Numbered from the stretch's first letter, positions 23,988-37,633 are shown. The stretch: DNA of 64,000 nucleotides from Mobula hypostoma (GCF_963921235.1 NC_086097.1:172734001-172798000); one strand, 5' to 3'. The notes: a model not told the origin generated them from the sequence alone. Made by a program: numbers and translations.

Positions 23988-26131
23988 CAGGTTTCCCCCG
24001 CCATCCGAAGGTAGAGCGTTCCTATGAAACGGTTCGTAAGCCGAAATGTCGTAAAGCGAAGAAGCAATTACTATTTATTTATATGGGAAAAATTTGTGAG
24101 CGTTCGCAGACACAAAAATAACCTACCAAATCATGCCAAATGACACATAAAACCTAAAATAACAGTAACATATAGTAAAAGCAGGAAGGATATGATAAAT
24201 ACGCAGCCTATATAAAGTAGAAGTACTTCCACAATCATTACTGAACTGTTCTCCGTAGCGAAAATTTCGCGCAAGCGCTGTTGGCAAAAACACGGCGCAA
24301 GCGTTCTCCAGTAACCTTTAAGCTATGAAGCTGCTAAATCATACCAAATAACACGTAAAAATACACAGCCTATATAAAGTAGAAATAATGTATATACAGT
24401 GTAGTATCACTCACCGGAATTGGTTCAGCGCCGAGCACACTGATGATGGTGTGTTAGACTGAGTCGTCGCAGGTTGGGTGGTGCAGTGGCCCGCACCCTC
24501 CAGGCCGCCGACAGATACCGAACCGCAAAACACGCAGGGGTCCAGCGGTAGCCGGGAGGCACACAGTACATCTTTAAGAAAAAAGCCGAAATAAACAAGC
24601 TAATTAATTATGTGTCGGGCGGCACCTAATTAATTAGCATGTTTATTTCGGCTTTTTTCTTAAAGATATGCTGTGTGCCTCCCGGCTACCTTTGCATTCT
24701 CTGCGAATCGGTATCTGTCCGTGGCCCGGGGGTTGGGGTGGTGGGACACTGGGGTGTCATCTCGTCATCTATTTCCATTAGAGCAGGCAGCTCATCTTCT
24801 CCTATGACTGCCCACCTCGATGTCGAAGGTCGAGGTTCGTCGTCTGCTGTGGCTGATGCGGAAGGCTTGCTTGACTGCTAAGCCTCGCGCATTTTTCTAT
24901 CATACAGTTCTTTATAAGGACTCAAACCATCCTGCAAATATCCCATAAACCTACGTACCATTTCAAAATTAAAGTCGTACTTTAGTCATAGTCATACTTT
25001 ATTGATCCCAGGGGGAAATTGGTTTTTGTTACAGTTGCACCATAATTAATAAATAGTAATAGAACGAAAATAGTTAAATAGTAATATGTAAATTATGCCA
25101 GTAAATTATGAAATAAGTCCAGGACCAGCCTATCGGCACAGGGTGTCTGACCCTCCAAGGGAGGAGTTGTAAAGTTTGATGGCCACAGGCAGGAATGACT
25201 TCCTATGACGCTCTGTGTTGCATCTTGGTGGAATGAGTGTCTGGCTGAATGTGCTCCTGTGCCCACCCAGTACATTATGTAGTGGATGGGAAACATTGAC
25301 CAAGATGGCATGCAACTTAGACAGCATCCTCTTTTCAGACACCACTGTGAGAGAGTCCAGTTCCATCCCCACAACATCACTGGCCTTACGAATGAGTTTG
25401 TTGATTCTGTTGGTGTCTGCTACCCTCAGCCTGCTGCCCCAGCACACAACAGCAAATATGATAGCACTGGCCACCACAAACTCGTAGAACATCCTCCGCA
25501 TCGTCCGGCAGATGTTAAAGGACCTCAGTCTCCTCAGGAAATAGAGATGGCTCTTGTAGACAGCCTCGGTGTTCTTTGACCAGTCCAGTTTATTGTCAAT
25601 CATTGCAGCGAAAATCTCACGCAGTCACTTTCTGTCCGTTCGCTATGGCATTTGGTTTCGATTGTTATCCTTTCCTCTTCCAATTGCATCAGCTCTTCAT
25701 CTATCAGTTCTTGGTCATGGGATGCCAAAACCTCTTCAACATCATGTTCGTCAGCTTCCACAAGCCAAACTCACTTAGTCCTTACTTTGTTCACCACGAT
25801 CAAAACGCTTAATTATGTCTAGTTTTACGCTAAGTGTAACACCCTTATGAGCTCTTTTAGGCTTTTCCGATACCTTAGAACTCATCTTGCAAATGGCTGC
25901 TCACAGGCACGTGTTTAAGCAATGCTGGCGAGAATGCAGTTCCAAATCCGGGGAGAGTGGCTGCTCGGGACATGCGGCGCGCTGCCTTTTATCGTGTGCT
26001 GATTTTTTCACGCGCTGCTTTTTTTCGTAACAGTGAAAACACCTTCTGAAAGCGAAAACAGGGTACTAATGTAGGTCTTTCATAACAGTGAGGTTTCGTA
26101 AAGCAAACATTCGAAAAGCGGGGGACACCTG
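23988..26131 (-). mobile_element. pogo/Tigger-like DNA transposon (internally deleted) inserted in Gypsy A protease
   Basis: TA|CAGGTTTCCCCCGC ... GCGGGGGACACCTG|TA. Removing it restores the Gypsy frame EK-VT-PVGMTFVTVK. Related to 22092-22798. Confidence 0.9.
24984..25599 (-). mobile_element. Rex1/Babar LINE 3' fragment inside the Tigger element
   Basis: ORF 25130-25603; near-identical to 215-646; (GTCATA)n tail. Confidence 0.92.
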
Positions 26132-26535
26132 TAACTCCTGTGGGAATGACTTTTGTAACAGTGAAATGAAACACTTCGGGTTTGTATGTGATAAAACAGA
26201 GATCCATCCACCATCTCCTGCAAGAGAGTTAACTGGAAGTGAATTAAATAAGGTACTGGATGATGCCAGAGCAGTGTTCTAGGATGACATTGGAAAATGT
26301 AAACATATCAAGGGTAAAATAGTGTTAAATGAAAATACCTCAGCCAAGTTGTACAAAGCCCATCCTTATGCCATCTGTATAAAGTAGGCAGTGAGCTAGA
26401 TCGCATGGAGTTTGAAGGACTTGTTCCAAGGTACAGTGAAGCCAATGGCCAATGCCAGTGGTCCTGGTAGCTAAGGAGAATGGGTCTGTCAGCATCTGTG
26501 GTGATTTTAAAATCACCATCACCACAGTACTGAAG

Positions 26536-28965
26536 GTTTTTCTGACGCCACCATTTGTTTGCTTGTAATAAAGTGTACGTTAGAAGTAATTACACTGGTG
26601 TCGATTTTTGTCGATACTCCTACATTGGTGACCCTGATGCTCCTCCAGATGATTCTGGAGTGATTTTGCTTGTTTACAATCATGACTACAACCGCCATTG
26701 CTCTCAAGCTCCCTGAATTCTGGCCGGAACATGCCGCCATTTACTTCGCTCAGGCAGAGGTCCAGTTCGCAGTGTGAGGAATCTCGCAAGATGGCACGAA
26801 ATATTACTACGTTGTGGCAGCATTGGACAGCTCTACGGCAACCACGGTGATGAGCATCCTACAGCACCCCCTGAAAGTCGGCAGTTACGAGACTCTTAAG
26901 TAACTCCTTCTAGAGACTTCAGAACTTTGCGAGTCTGAGTGCCTGGCTTAGGCGACTCCAAGCCGTCAGAGTTGATGGACCACACGATTTTCCTCTTTGG
27001 CGGACATCAGCCGTGTTTCACCTTCAGAAAGCTTTTCCTGCAACAAGTACCAGGTGAGATGCGGTCGGCTCTGGCTGGCTCTCCCCCCAAAGACCTCCAG
27101 GCTCTAGTCAGAGGTTGACAAGGTGCTTTCCATCACCAAGAGGGCCTGTGTGACCACATGGCTGGATGACTGAACTTAAGACAATTGCTGTGGCTCAATG
27201 ACAGTTTCCTACCCTGTGTTTCTGCCACATGAGGTTGGGGCCGAGAGCTAAAAAGTGGCAGCCACCCTGCAGATTTGAGCAGTTGGAAAAAGGCAACAGC
27301 TGGTGCCTATTAGCTGCCATGGGCGTCGGCAGGTCAGGCTGCCGATGCTGCAGACTCTGTTTCCAGGTGCCCTTTCCTCTGTGACATGGGCACTCAGGTG
27401 AGCGTCCTGCCCGCGTCTAAATTGTACATACAAACTGGGGAATATGGACCATCTCCTGAGGCTGTGAATGGCAGAGCCATCCAGACTTTTGCTAAGTGTA
27501 AGATGGCATTGTGCTTTGGCGGGCAGAAGTTCCACTGGAATTTTGTGTTGGTGGCCATGTCTATGACCCTGCTGGGGGCCGACTTCCTCTGCACCAGCAG
27601 TCTTCTCTTTGATGTCCAGAACCAGTGCCTCATCAACGCAGAGACTTTCTACTCCCTCTCTGGCACACTCAGCACCACCAGCACTTCAAAGTTGTCCAGC
27701 GTCCTTTCCACCTCAGACAACATCCTCTGCCTCCTCGCTGAGTTCCCAGACCTGACCGAACTCACCTTCTCCTCCTCCACTGCTAAACACGGGGTGGAGC
27801 ACCATATCCTCACTACCACCCCACCCATTTACACCAGGTGCCTCGACCTGGAGAAGCTAGCTGTTGCTAAGGCTGAGTTTGATGCCATGGAGCACCTGGG
27901 TATCGTCAGGCGGACCAGCAGTCCATGAGCTTCCCCTCTCCACATCATGCGAAAACCGGGAGGCGGGTGGTATCCATGTGGCAATTACCACTGCCTCAGA
28001 TGGCACGACCCCTGACCAATACCTGATCCCGGGCATCCAGGATTTCTCTGCCCACCTGGCAGGGAAAATTAATTTCTCGAAGTTGGACCTCATTTGTGGT
28101 TATCACCAGGTCCCTGTCCACCCGAGTGACATTCCTAAAACTGCTGTATTACACCGTTTGGTTTGTTTGAGTTCCTCTGAATGCCATTTGGGCTGAAAAA
28201 GCAGCCCAGACCTTTCAGCGCCTCATGGACAGTGTTCTCAGGGATTTTCCATTCCTGTTTATTTGCCTAGATGACATTTTGGTAGCCAGCTCTTCTAGAG
28301 GTGAACATCTCTTACACTTGAAAACTCTTTTCAAATGCCTTAGGCAGCACGGTCTTATCATCAACCCAGCAAAATGACAGTCTGGACTGCCGATGGTTGA
28401 TTTCCTCAGACACCGTGTCAATCCAGCAATGGCAGTTCCCCTGCCGGCTAAGGTTGAAGCTGTTAAGCACTTCCCTTGGCCAGTCACCGTTAAGGCCCTG
28501 CAGGAGTTTATGGGCATGATGAACTTTTATCACCGTTTTGTCCCAAAGCGGCTCAGCTTATGCGCCCCCTCTACGAGGCCCTTAAGGGTAAAGCAGCCAA
28601 GCACGTTGTGGACTGGACAGAGGAAAGGTCCAAGGCGTTCGCGGACACTATGCAGGCATTGTCTAGTGCAACGACACTGGCGCACTCCCTCCCAGATGTT
28701 CCGATCACTCACCATGGATGCATCGGATTGCGCGGTTAGTTGTGCATGAGCAGTTGGCCGATGGCATTTGGCTGCGTCTTGCCTTTTTTAGCCATCAGCT
28801 TCACCTTTGCAACATTTTCATTTTCTCCTAGGGAGCAGTCGACTTTTGTGGATCATGAGCCCCTAAAGTTCACCACGGCTAAGGTCTCTGAACCTTGGTC
28901 TGCTCGACAGCAGCGACATCTTTGTTTTATTTCAGAGTTCACCATGGACATCCAGCATGTCACAT
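26536..28965 (+). mobile_element. Gypsy LTR retrotransposon family B (LTR end, PBS, gag, PR, RT, RNase H)
   Basis: ...ACTCCTACA followed by PBS TTGGTGACCC (~26625). Gag LKLPEFWPEHAAIYFAQAEVQF; protease DMGTQVSVLP; RT FSKLDLICGYHQVPV and ICLDDILVAS; RNase H TMDASD and FISEF. Contains stops and frameshifts. Confidence 0.9.
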
Positions 28966-30469
28966 AGAAATGTTGATAGATTATCCCGTTTTCCTTTGGA
29001 AAAGGAAATACTTGAAAAATTTACAAAAGTGGACTCTTCTCTTGATGTATTCTCCCTAACACAAATCAAAAGTTTCCTTGTTACGGTAGAGATAATCAAA
29101 AGGGAAACCAGAAAAGACCCCCAAACTGTCTCAGGTCTACATGGCCACCCAAAATGCCTGGAATGTGCAGCAGAATCGCCATTTTCCCCATTTTTACCAG
29201 CACCGGGATTAATTTGCCCATGACGGGGTTGCCTTATGGGGTGGTTGGGAGTTGTTGTACCATCCCAGCTGAGAACTAAAGTGTTGGAGGAGCTACATGC
29301 TGGTCATCTAGACATGGTCAAAATGAAAACGTTGCCTTGAAGCTGGTGGCCTGCTGTAGATTATTAGGTCAAGCAGCTCGCATGAACTGTTCAAGATGCC
29401 AACACATCGAGAAGAAAGATGTCCAGAGCTGTCAGAACCACTTCCTGCAGTCCCAGAGTCAACTCCTACAACCACCATGGAGGAGGCCCCAGATCCTCAG
29501 ATCCTGAGATATATACATTTATTTAAGCATTCTTTGTTGTTTACGTAATTCATTATGGGTTATATGTAAAAGTCCATGAATGGCATATGTCACTGCATCA
29601 CCACATCATATGTGCGTGTCTCACTAAAGTAACACTGAAGCATACATGATATCCCCGACTCTACAGTGTTTTACATTCAATTATTTTTGAAGTGACAAAA
29701 CATAACACAATGCAGAATAAAGTGTAATAGCTACAGAGAAAGTGCAGCGTGGGCAAACAATAAGGTGTAAGATCATAATGAGGTAGATTGTGAGACCAAG
29801 CTTCCATTTTATTGTGCAGAGAATCTGTTTGAGAGTCCAGGAGAGGGATGAAGAGTGAATCTGCCTTGCCATGGCTTTACACCTTATTTTCTGCCTGCAC
29901 TGCACTACCAGGTAGGTTGTGAATTCAAAAGTCCATCTTATCGCACAAGGGAACCATTCAGTAGTTTTATTACAGTGGGGTAAAAGCTGTCCTTGAGCCT
30001 GGTGTTAGATGTTTTCAGGCTTTTTTTTTCTTCAGCCCACTGGGAGGAGGGAGAAGAGAGAATGTCTAAGGTTGTTGCCACTGGTTAGCAAGCAGTAAGT
30101 TCCACCAGATTGATAAATGGCAGTAGATACTACATTGAAGAGATCCTTGCAGATGACCAAGTAGATAAATACACCCTCAACAAATGTGGGGAAAGTAATG
30201 TTGACAATTTTTTAAACATATAATCCTGCCCAGCACACAGGGCAGAGGGGTGGCAATGAGGAGTCTCAGGTGCTCAGATAAATTATCTGCTTTCTTCACA
30301 CGACGCAGCTCAGACAGTACTGTCCAAATAGCCAATTAGTGACCTTAATACTGCAGTCAGATGAAATTGACCAATAATTACCTCATTAAAATAAAGACCT
30401 CTGTACACATGCAGCCAAGGTTTGCACCCGCAAACCCAAATTCAAATTAATTAATGCTATATGGGAGAT

Positions 30470-31090
30470 CCGGTAAAGAGTCTTATAACTGTCCTCGAGT
30501 CTGGTGGTATGTATTTTCAAGATTGTACATCTTCTGCTCCATGAAGGGATGGGAGGCAGATGGTAGCAAAGAGAATGACTGTGGTGGTGGGGGGGGGGGG
30601 CTCTTAATTATACTTGGCTGCTTTTCTGAGGCAGTAGAATGTGTAGACAGAGTAAGTGGAGGGGAGGCTGCTTTGATTGATGGACTGGGCTGTGTTCACA
30701 ACTCTCCATAATGTCTTGTTGTGTTGGGCATAGTTGTTCCCATACCAAGCAGTGATGCATCTGAGTAGGATGGTTTCTATGATGCATCTTTAAAAATTGG
30801 TATGAGTCATTGGGGACATGCCAAATTTCCTTAATTCTCTGAGGACGTAGTGGCTTTGATGTGCTTCCTTTGCTGGTCCAGGACAAATTGTTGGTGATAA
30901 TTACCCCTAGGGACTTGAAGTTCTCAACTATCTCCACCTTTGAACCATTGATACAGACAAGAACTTGTACTCCTCTCTACTTCCTGATGTCAGTGATCAG
31001 CTCCTTCATTTTGCTTTCAGTGAACGGCTGTTGTCTTTACACCACTAAGCTCTCTATCCTGTACTCTACCTCATTATTGTGTGATGCTGC
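30470..31090 (-). mobile_element. Rex1/Babar LINE 3' fragment (decayed)
   Basis: EIVENFKSLGVIITNNLSW in ORF 30608-30937. Confidence 0.75.
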
Positions 31091-32404
31091 AGGAAGACAG
31101 AGGCCAGATTGCCTCTGTTTTGACAGAAGACAGATTTTCTAAAGGAATTTTAAAATAATTTTGTAGGTTGTTTTGATTTTTTTTGCTCAAACTAGTATGT
31201 TTTCATGTGAAAATTTAACTCATTGACTGTATTTAAATTAGACTGAAATGGGGAGAATTTTTATTCACTTAAAAGGTGGTGTACTTTTGAAAATGTCCAC
31301 CCAGTGGGCAATTGATTATCTATCAATGGCTGCCTTCAAAGTAGAGATCCACAAATTTATAAACCCTTAAAAGTTCAGCCTGCTTTGCTGCTCGGAAAAT
31401 GGTCCCAGACCATCTATGTAGGACAGGAGAATGGAACTGAGCTAGAAGCTCAGTGATGTTCTTGAAGAAAGGTAGAGAAAGTCAAGAAGCCAAATGGCCT
31501 TTCACTGCTCATACTTGTGTTCCAACTGCAGTGGTGGGATTCAACTCACGTACAAGAGTCCAGGTCCCTGCAGAGCATGAGCAGCAACAAACTCACCATT
31601 TTACCATAGCCCTGAAACCAAGAGGTCCAGTGTACCAATACACTAGCTCCCTGACTTAAGCAAAATCTCCAATATTTGACTACATCAATTCCCAAAAATA
31701 AATAACAAGAAATGCTGGAAATGCATAGTAGGTCAAGCAGCATCTGTGGAGACAGAAACAAAATCAGGTTGAAGATGTTCCCTCCGTAATGATCAAATCC
31801 AAAATTTTCTGAGAGGTCTCAGTAGTGATGGGCTCAGGTGGCATTCCGTTAAAGCTTTGCCTCCAGAATGGCCTTTGAGAGGAAATACTTAAAAATTATT
31901 AGAAGTTATCTTAATTATTAAATAGCATCATTTGTTAATTTTTATCTATTTTGTTTTTAATGTTTATTTGTTTTAATATGCTACAATCATTCGTTATTGA
32001 ATTGTTAATGTTCAAAATGTCAGATTATGGTTTTGCCTCAATAGAGACCATTCAGCCCATCAAGCTCATGGTGCTCACCACATCCCACAGATGATTCTCC
32101 TACATGGGCCTATAAAATTCCCGGTTGAAATCTTCTGTGTACCATCCACTTTTTTCTGAATAAAGCAACCATTTACCACTTCCCTCTGCTTTCTGATGTT
32201 AGGCTAATTTCTTCTCCATTGTTTTGTGATCCTTAAACTCCGTATGTCAATGTTTTGCTAACCAGACTTTCTCAGATGCATTTATTCAAGAATATTACAA
32301 ATGATGCAAATCTAGAATCATCGTATATGAGGAGAGGTGTGTGGGCTGTCGTTATTTATGAATTATTATGAAGCCATGAGTGGCTATAGAAAATAACTAA
32401 AAAG

Positions 32405-33100
32405 TCAGGATACCCTTAAGGTTAACCTCCAGATTGAGTCAGTGGTGAAGAAGGCGAATGCAATGTTGGCATTCATTTCTAGAGGAATAGGGTGCAGGAG
32501 CAGGGATGTGATGTTGAGGCTCTATAAGGCACTGATAAGACCTCACTTGAGTACTATAGGTAGTTTTGGGCTCCTTATTTAAGAAAGGATGTGCTGACAT
32601 TGGAGAGGGTTCAGAGAGGATTCACTAGAATGATTCCGGGAATGAGAGGGTTAACATATGAGGAACGTTTGGCCGCTCCTGGACTGTACTCCTTGGAGTT
32701 TAGTAGAATGAAGGGGGACCTCATAGAAACATTTCGAATGTTGAAAGGCATGGACAGAGTGGATGTGGCAAAATTGTTTCCCATGATGGGGGAGTCTAGT
32801 ACGAGAGGGCATGACTTAAGGATTGAAGGGCGCCCATTCAGAACAGAGATGCGAAGAAACTTTTTTAGCCAGAGGGTTGTGAATCTATGGAATTTGTTGC
32901 CGTGGGCGGCAGTGGAGGCCAAGTCATTGGGTGTATTTCAGGCAGAGATTGATGGGTATCTGAGTAGCCAGGGCATCAAAGGTTATGGTGAGAAGGTGGG
33001 TTGTGGGACTAAATGGGAGAATGGATCAGCTCATGATAAAATGGCGGAACAGGCTTGATGGACCGAATGGCCTACTTCTGCTCCTTTGTCTTATGGTCTA
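32405..33100 (+). mobile_element. CR1-type LINE 3' fragment
   Basis: ORF 32591-33058 (LERVQRGFTRMIPG...NFFSQRVVNLWNLLP) and a CTTATGGTCT tail. Confidence 0.92.
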
Positions 33101-33282
33101 CTCAACTGGTCCTCTAAGTTATTGTATATAGCAGATCAGAATACAAAAGGTTAGTCCTCAGTGATAACAGAACTCTGCTTAGACCATACCTGATGTATCA
33201 TAACTCCTCAGAGAGATGCACTGTCCTCAGAAGGAGTTCATGTGGATTTATCAGAATCATGTATAGATATCAATGAGAAGCA

Positions 33283-36170
33283 GAATCAGAAGCAAGTTTA
33301 ATATCACTGTCATACGTCATGAAGTTGCTGTTTTACAGCAGTATGTTGCAATACATAATTTAAAAACTATAAATTACAATAAGTATATAAAATAAAGCAG
33401 TGCAAAAAGAGAGGAAAAAGTAGTGAGGTAGTGTCATGGGTTCATTATCCATTGAGAATCTGATGGTGGAAGGAAAGAATCTGAACTTGAAACGTTGAGT
33501 GTGTATCTTTAGGCTTCTGTGCCTCCTCCTTGATGGTAGCAATGAGAAGAGGGCATGTCCTGGGTGATGAAGGTCCTTAATGATGGATGCTGCCTTTTTT
33601 TGAAGCATTGCTTTTTGAAGTTGGTTGAGTTTGCAACTTTCTGCAGCACTTTTCCAATCCTGTACTGTGGCTCCTCCTACCAGATAGTGATGGAACCAGT
33701 CAGAATGCTCTCCACAGTACATCTATAGAAATTTGTGAGAGTCCTTGGTGACATACAAAGTCTCCGCAAACTCCAAATGAAATATAGTTGCTGCCGTGCC
33801 TTCTTTGTAAATGCCTCACTATGTTGAGCCCTGGTTAAATCTTCAGAGGTGCTGACAGTCAGGAACTTGAAACTGCTCACCCTTTCCACTTTTGATCCCT
33901 TGATGAGGACTGGTGTGTGTTCCCTCATAATGTCCTTCCTGAAGTCCACAATCAATTCCTTGGTCTTACCAATGTTGAGTGCAAAGTTGTTGTTGCTGTG
34001 ACGCCACTCAACCAGCAGATCTGTCTCATTCCTGTACTCCTCTACATCACCATCTGAAATTATGCCAGTTTTGGTTGTGTTATCAGCAAATTTATGAATG
34101 GCATTTGAACTGTGCCTAGCCACCCAGTCATGGGTGCAGAGAGAGTAGAGCAGTGGGCTAAGCATGCATCGCTGAAGTGAGCCAGTGTTGATTGTTAGCT
34201 AGGAGGAGGTGTTATTTGCAATCGACACTGACTGTGGCCTTCTGGTAAGGATGTCAAGGATCCAGTTGCAGAGGAAGGTAAAGATACCCAGGTCTTGGAA
34301 CTTGTTGAGTAGTACTGAGAGTATGAATGTATTGAACACTGAGCTGTAATCAATAAACAGCAGCCTGACATAGGTATTCCTTTTGTCCAAGTGATCTGAA
34401 CTTGAATGGAGAGCCACTGAAATTGCATCCACTGTAGACTTAAATTGCAACCAGGTCCTGGTCCTTGCATAGGCAGGAGTTGATTCTGACCATGACCAAT
34501 CTCTCAAAGTGCTTCATCGTAAAAGAAATGAGTGCAACTGGACAACAGTCATTGAGGCAGCTCACCCTGCTCTTCTTGGGCACTGGTATGATTATTGCTG
34601 TTTTGAAGCAGATGGGAAACTACAGTTGCAGCAGTGAGAGATTGAAGATGAGGTCCATCAGTGTTCTGATGCTTTACAAGGGTTTACCCTCTTGAAAGAT
34701 GTTCTGACATTGACCTCTGAGCCCAAGACCATTGGTTCACCAGATGTTGCAGGGATTTGCACAGATGTAGTTTTATTCTCCCTTTCAAAGCATCCGTAAA
34801 AGGTGTTGAGCATATCTGAGAGAGAAGCGTCACTGCCATTCTTGATGTTAGACTTTACCTTTTAGGATGTAATGGCTCGCAAACCCTGCCAGAACTGACA
34901 TACATCCGATTTTGTCTCTAACTTCAATCAGAATTATTTTTTCACTCTTGAAGTAGCTTTCCATAGTTCATACCTGGACTTTTGATATCGCTCTGGACCA
35001 CCATTCTTGAATGTCATAGATCTAGCCTTCAAAAGACTACGAATCTCCTTGTCCATCCATTGCTTTTGGTTTAGGTATGTCCCGCTTGTTCTTGAAAGCA
35101 GACACTTATCCACACAGGTCTTGATGAAATTTGTGATAACTCTGGTATACTCAGCAAGATTTTCAAATGAATCCCTGAATATTGTCCAGGCCACCAACTC
35201 AAAGGAGATCTGCAAGGGTTCGTCCACCTCCCTTGACCGTATTTTCGTGGTCCTCACCACTGGTGCTGTACTCTTTAGTCTCTGCCTGTACTCTGGGAAT
35301 GAAAGTACAGACAGGTGATCAGACTTTCATAGTGCAGGCGTGGGTTGGCACGGTAAGTGTTCTTGATGGCAGTATAGCAATGGTCAAGTGTGTTAGCTCC
35401 TCTAGTTCCACAGATCACATGTTGGTGGTAGTTGTTCGAAAACTTCTTCAAGCTGGCCTGATTGAAATCCTCCACAATGGCATTGAATGTGTCAGGGTGC
35501 ACTGTTTTCTGACTGTTAGTCATGGTGCCCAGCTCCTCCAGTACCTGACTGATGTTGACCAGAGGTGGAATGTACATCTCAGGAGATAAAATGGTTGACA
35601 TTTGACCACTGGGTATTCCAGGTTGGGTGAGCAAGATTGAGATAGAACGGCCACATCTGTACACCACAATGAATTAATCATGAAGCATACTCCACCTTCT
35701 CTACTTTTTAAAGTCCCAGCTGTCCTGCCCTGTGATAGATGGTGAAGCCCTCTGGCTGCATCGCTACATCCTTAATGGTGGGAGGGAGAGCCACTTTTCC
35801 ATGAAGCAAAGTCCCTCTGGTACTGCAAACTTGCTCTGAAGTCTTCAATTTATTTTCCAGAGGCTGTACATTCCCTAGCTGGATATAAGGGAGTGGCGGG
35901 GGGGGGGTCTAAGAAATCTGCATTTCAATTGTACCTGTAGACCAGCAAATTTTCTTTACTGCCTTTTTCTTAAATGGAAACTGCACTCGTGACCGGAATC
36001 TGCCAATTGTGAGGAGCAACAGTTTTTTAACGTCGTAAAATAATGTTGCTTACTGAAGTACTGATGGCTGTGACCGTGAATTTCAGCTGTAGTTGTCCAA
36101 AGTGAGAATATTTGATGATTCCCATCAGAGTTGAATGCAGAGTCACCACTTAGCAGCACCATTTTGAAGG
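33283..36170 (-). mobile_element. Long decayed Rex1/Babar LINE (5' UTR, APE endonuclease, RT, 3' UTR)
   Basis: EN motifs IVEDFNQASLK and TRGANTLDHCY; RT motifs [23 protein letters not shown] and HKFADN; LLPSRRRHRSL. (AGAATC) tail at the left end and a CAAAATGGTGC head at ~36156-36166. Confidence 0.9.
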
Positions 36171-36619
36171 GTACCTTGTGTCTTGAAGAAGACAACAGAC
36201 TGGAGATGCAGAACTGGAGCAGTAATTAATCTGCTGAAGGAACGCAGCAAGTTGAACAGCATCTGTTGGGGAAGGAATTGGAAGATGGTAGATTGGTAAG
36301 TTGCTTTACCATTCATTCATGTACCAAGTCCACTGCCTTGTGGATAGCATCAGGAGAAGACAAAGGATATGGGAGTAAACCCAGGCAGCAAACCCAGAGT
36401 GGAGACCCAGCTCCTGCAGCCAAGCTAGAGCCAAACGTATTGCTTCATGAAGTTTCCTTTAGACCACACTGGTGAGGCCAAGAGGGGGATCTTGATGTCT
36501 GGGCATCTCAGGATCTCCATACCTTCCACCCAGGCCCAGATTTGTGATGACCATCATCACTCATTGCCCTTTGAGACAGACGGATGCCAACCACCACCAA
36601 GGTACAGCAATAAAATATG

Positions 36620-37600
36620 TCCTGTAGATTAATACAGATTATCATATATCATCCATATAGATTAATTACAACAGTGCATTGGGTTAGTCTTGTATCAGAT
36701 TATAATTATAGAGAAAGTGCAGACAATAAGTATAAGGTCATTATGAGGTAGATTGTGAAGTCAGGAGTCCATCTTATCATCCGTGGTGATCATCCAGTAG
36801 TGTTGTAACAGTGGGTTAGAAGATGTTCTTGAGCCTGGTGATAGGTTTTTGTATCTTCTGCCTGATGAGAGAAGAAAGAAGGTTTAGGATGTCTAGACTT
36901 TGATTATGCTAATTACTGTACATAGTCAGAATTATAGACAGAGTCTATGGAGGGGAAGCTGGTTTCCATGACGTGCTGAGCTATGTTCACAACTCTGTGC
37001 AGTTTCTTGCAGTCACGGACAGAGCAGTTGCCATATTAAATCACGATGCATCCAGATAGAATGTGCATTGATAAACGTGCAAAATTTCTTTAGCTTCCTG
37101 AGGGAGCAGAGACTGGTGAGTATTCTTGGATGTGGTTGGACCAGACAGGCTATTGGTGATGTTCATGTCCAGGAACTTGAAGCTCACAACCCTCTTGACC
37201 TCAGCACAGTTGATGATTCAGGTGCACCACACCCTTCCTGAAGTCAATGACCAGCTCTTTTTTGCTGACTTGAAGGAAAGGGTGTTTCAATGACACCATG
37301 TCATTTGGTTCTCTATCTCCTTCCCGTGTTCTGACTCATCATTATTTAATATGTGTCCTACTGCATTAGTATCATCTGGAAACTTGTAGATGGAGATAGA
37401 GCAGAATCAGTTGTGAGTGTTCAAGGAGTTGTGTAGGGGATTGTCAATGCAGCCTTTGTTGACAGTAATCTTTGTGGAGTGCTGGTGTTTGTCCTTACTG
37501 ATTATAGTCTTTTGGTCAGGCAGTCGAGGATCCAGATGCAAAGCAGATGTTGAGTTCTAGATCTAGAACTTTGGAAATGGGTTTACTTGATGTAGTGCTG
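36620..37600 (-). mobile_element. Highly decayed Rex1-type LINE fragment
   Basis: Antisense to YKFPDD, KELVIDFRK and FKFLD motifs (37150-37390), with the common Rex 3' UTR. Confidence 0.6.
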
Positions 37601-37633
37601 AAAGCATCGAAGTTTTGGGTGGATGCAGGGTCT

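Larger units (their letters stand above)
22910..29680 (+). mobile_element. Gypsy LTR retrotransposon family A (decayed, multiply interrupted)
   Basis: Gag zinc knuckle CYRCGRGS..C (23065-23160); protease MKLDTGSTVSVI (~23865-23900); RT start PVVLVAKENGSVSICGDFK (26455-26510); RNase H end NVDRLSR (28969); integrase zinc finger VLEELHAGHLDMVKMK (29281-29330); LTR-like 3' segment ~29510-29680. Confidence 0.82.

Noticed and set aside
36300..36600. RTE-like non-autonomous element, possibly with an HDV-like ribozyme
   Set aside because: The resemblance is only impressionistic; I could not build the nested pseudoknot or define boundaries.
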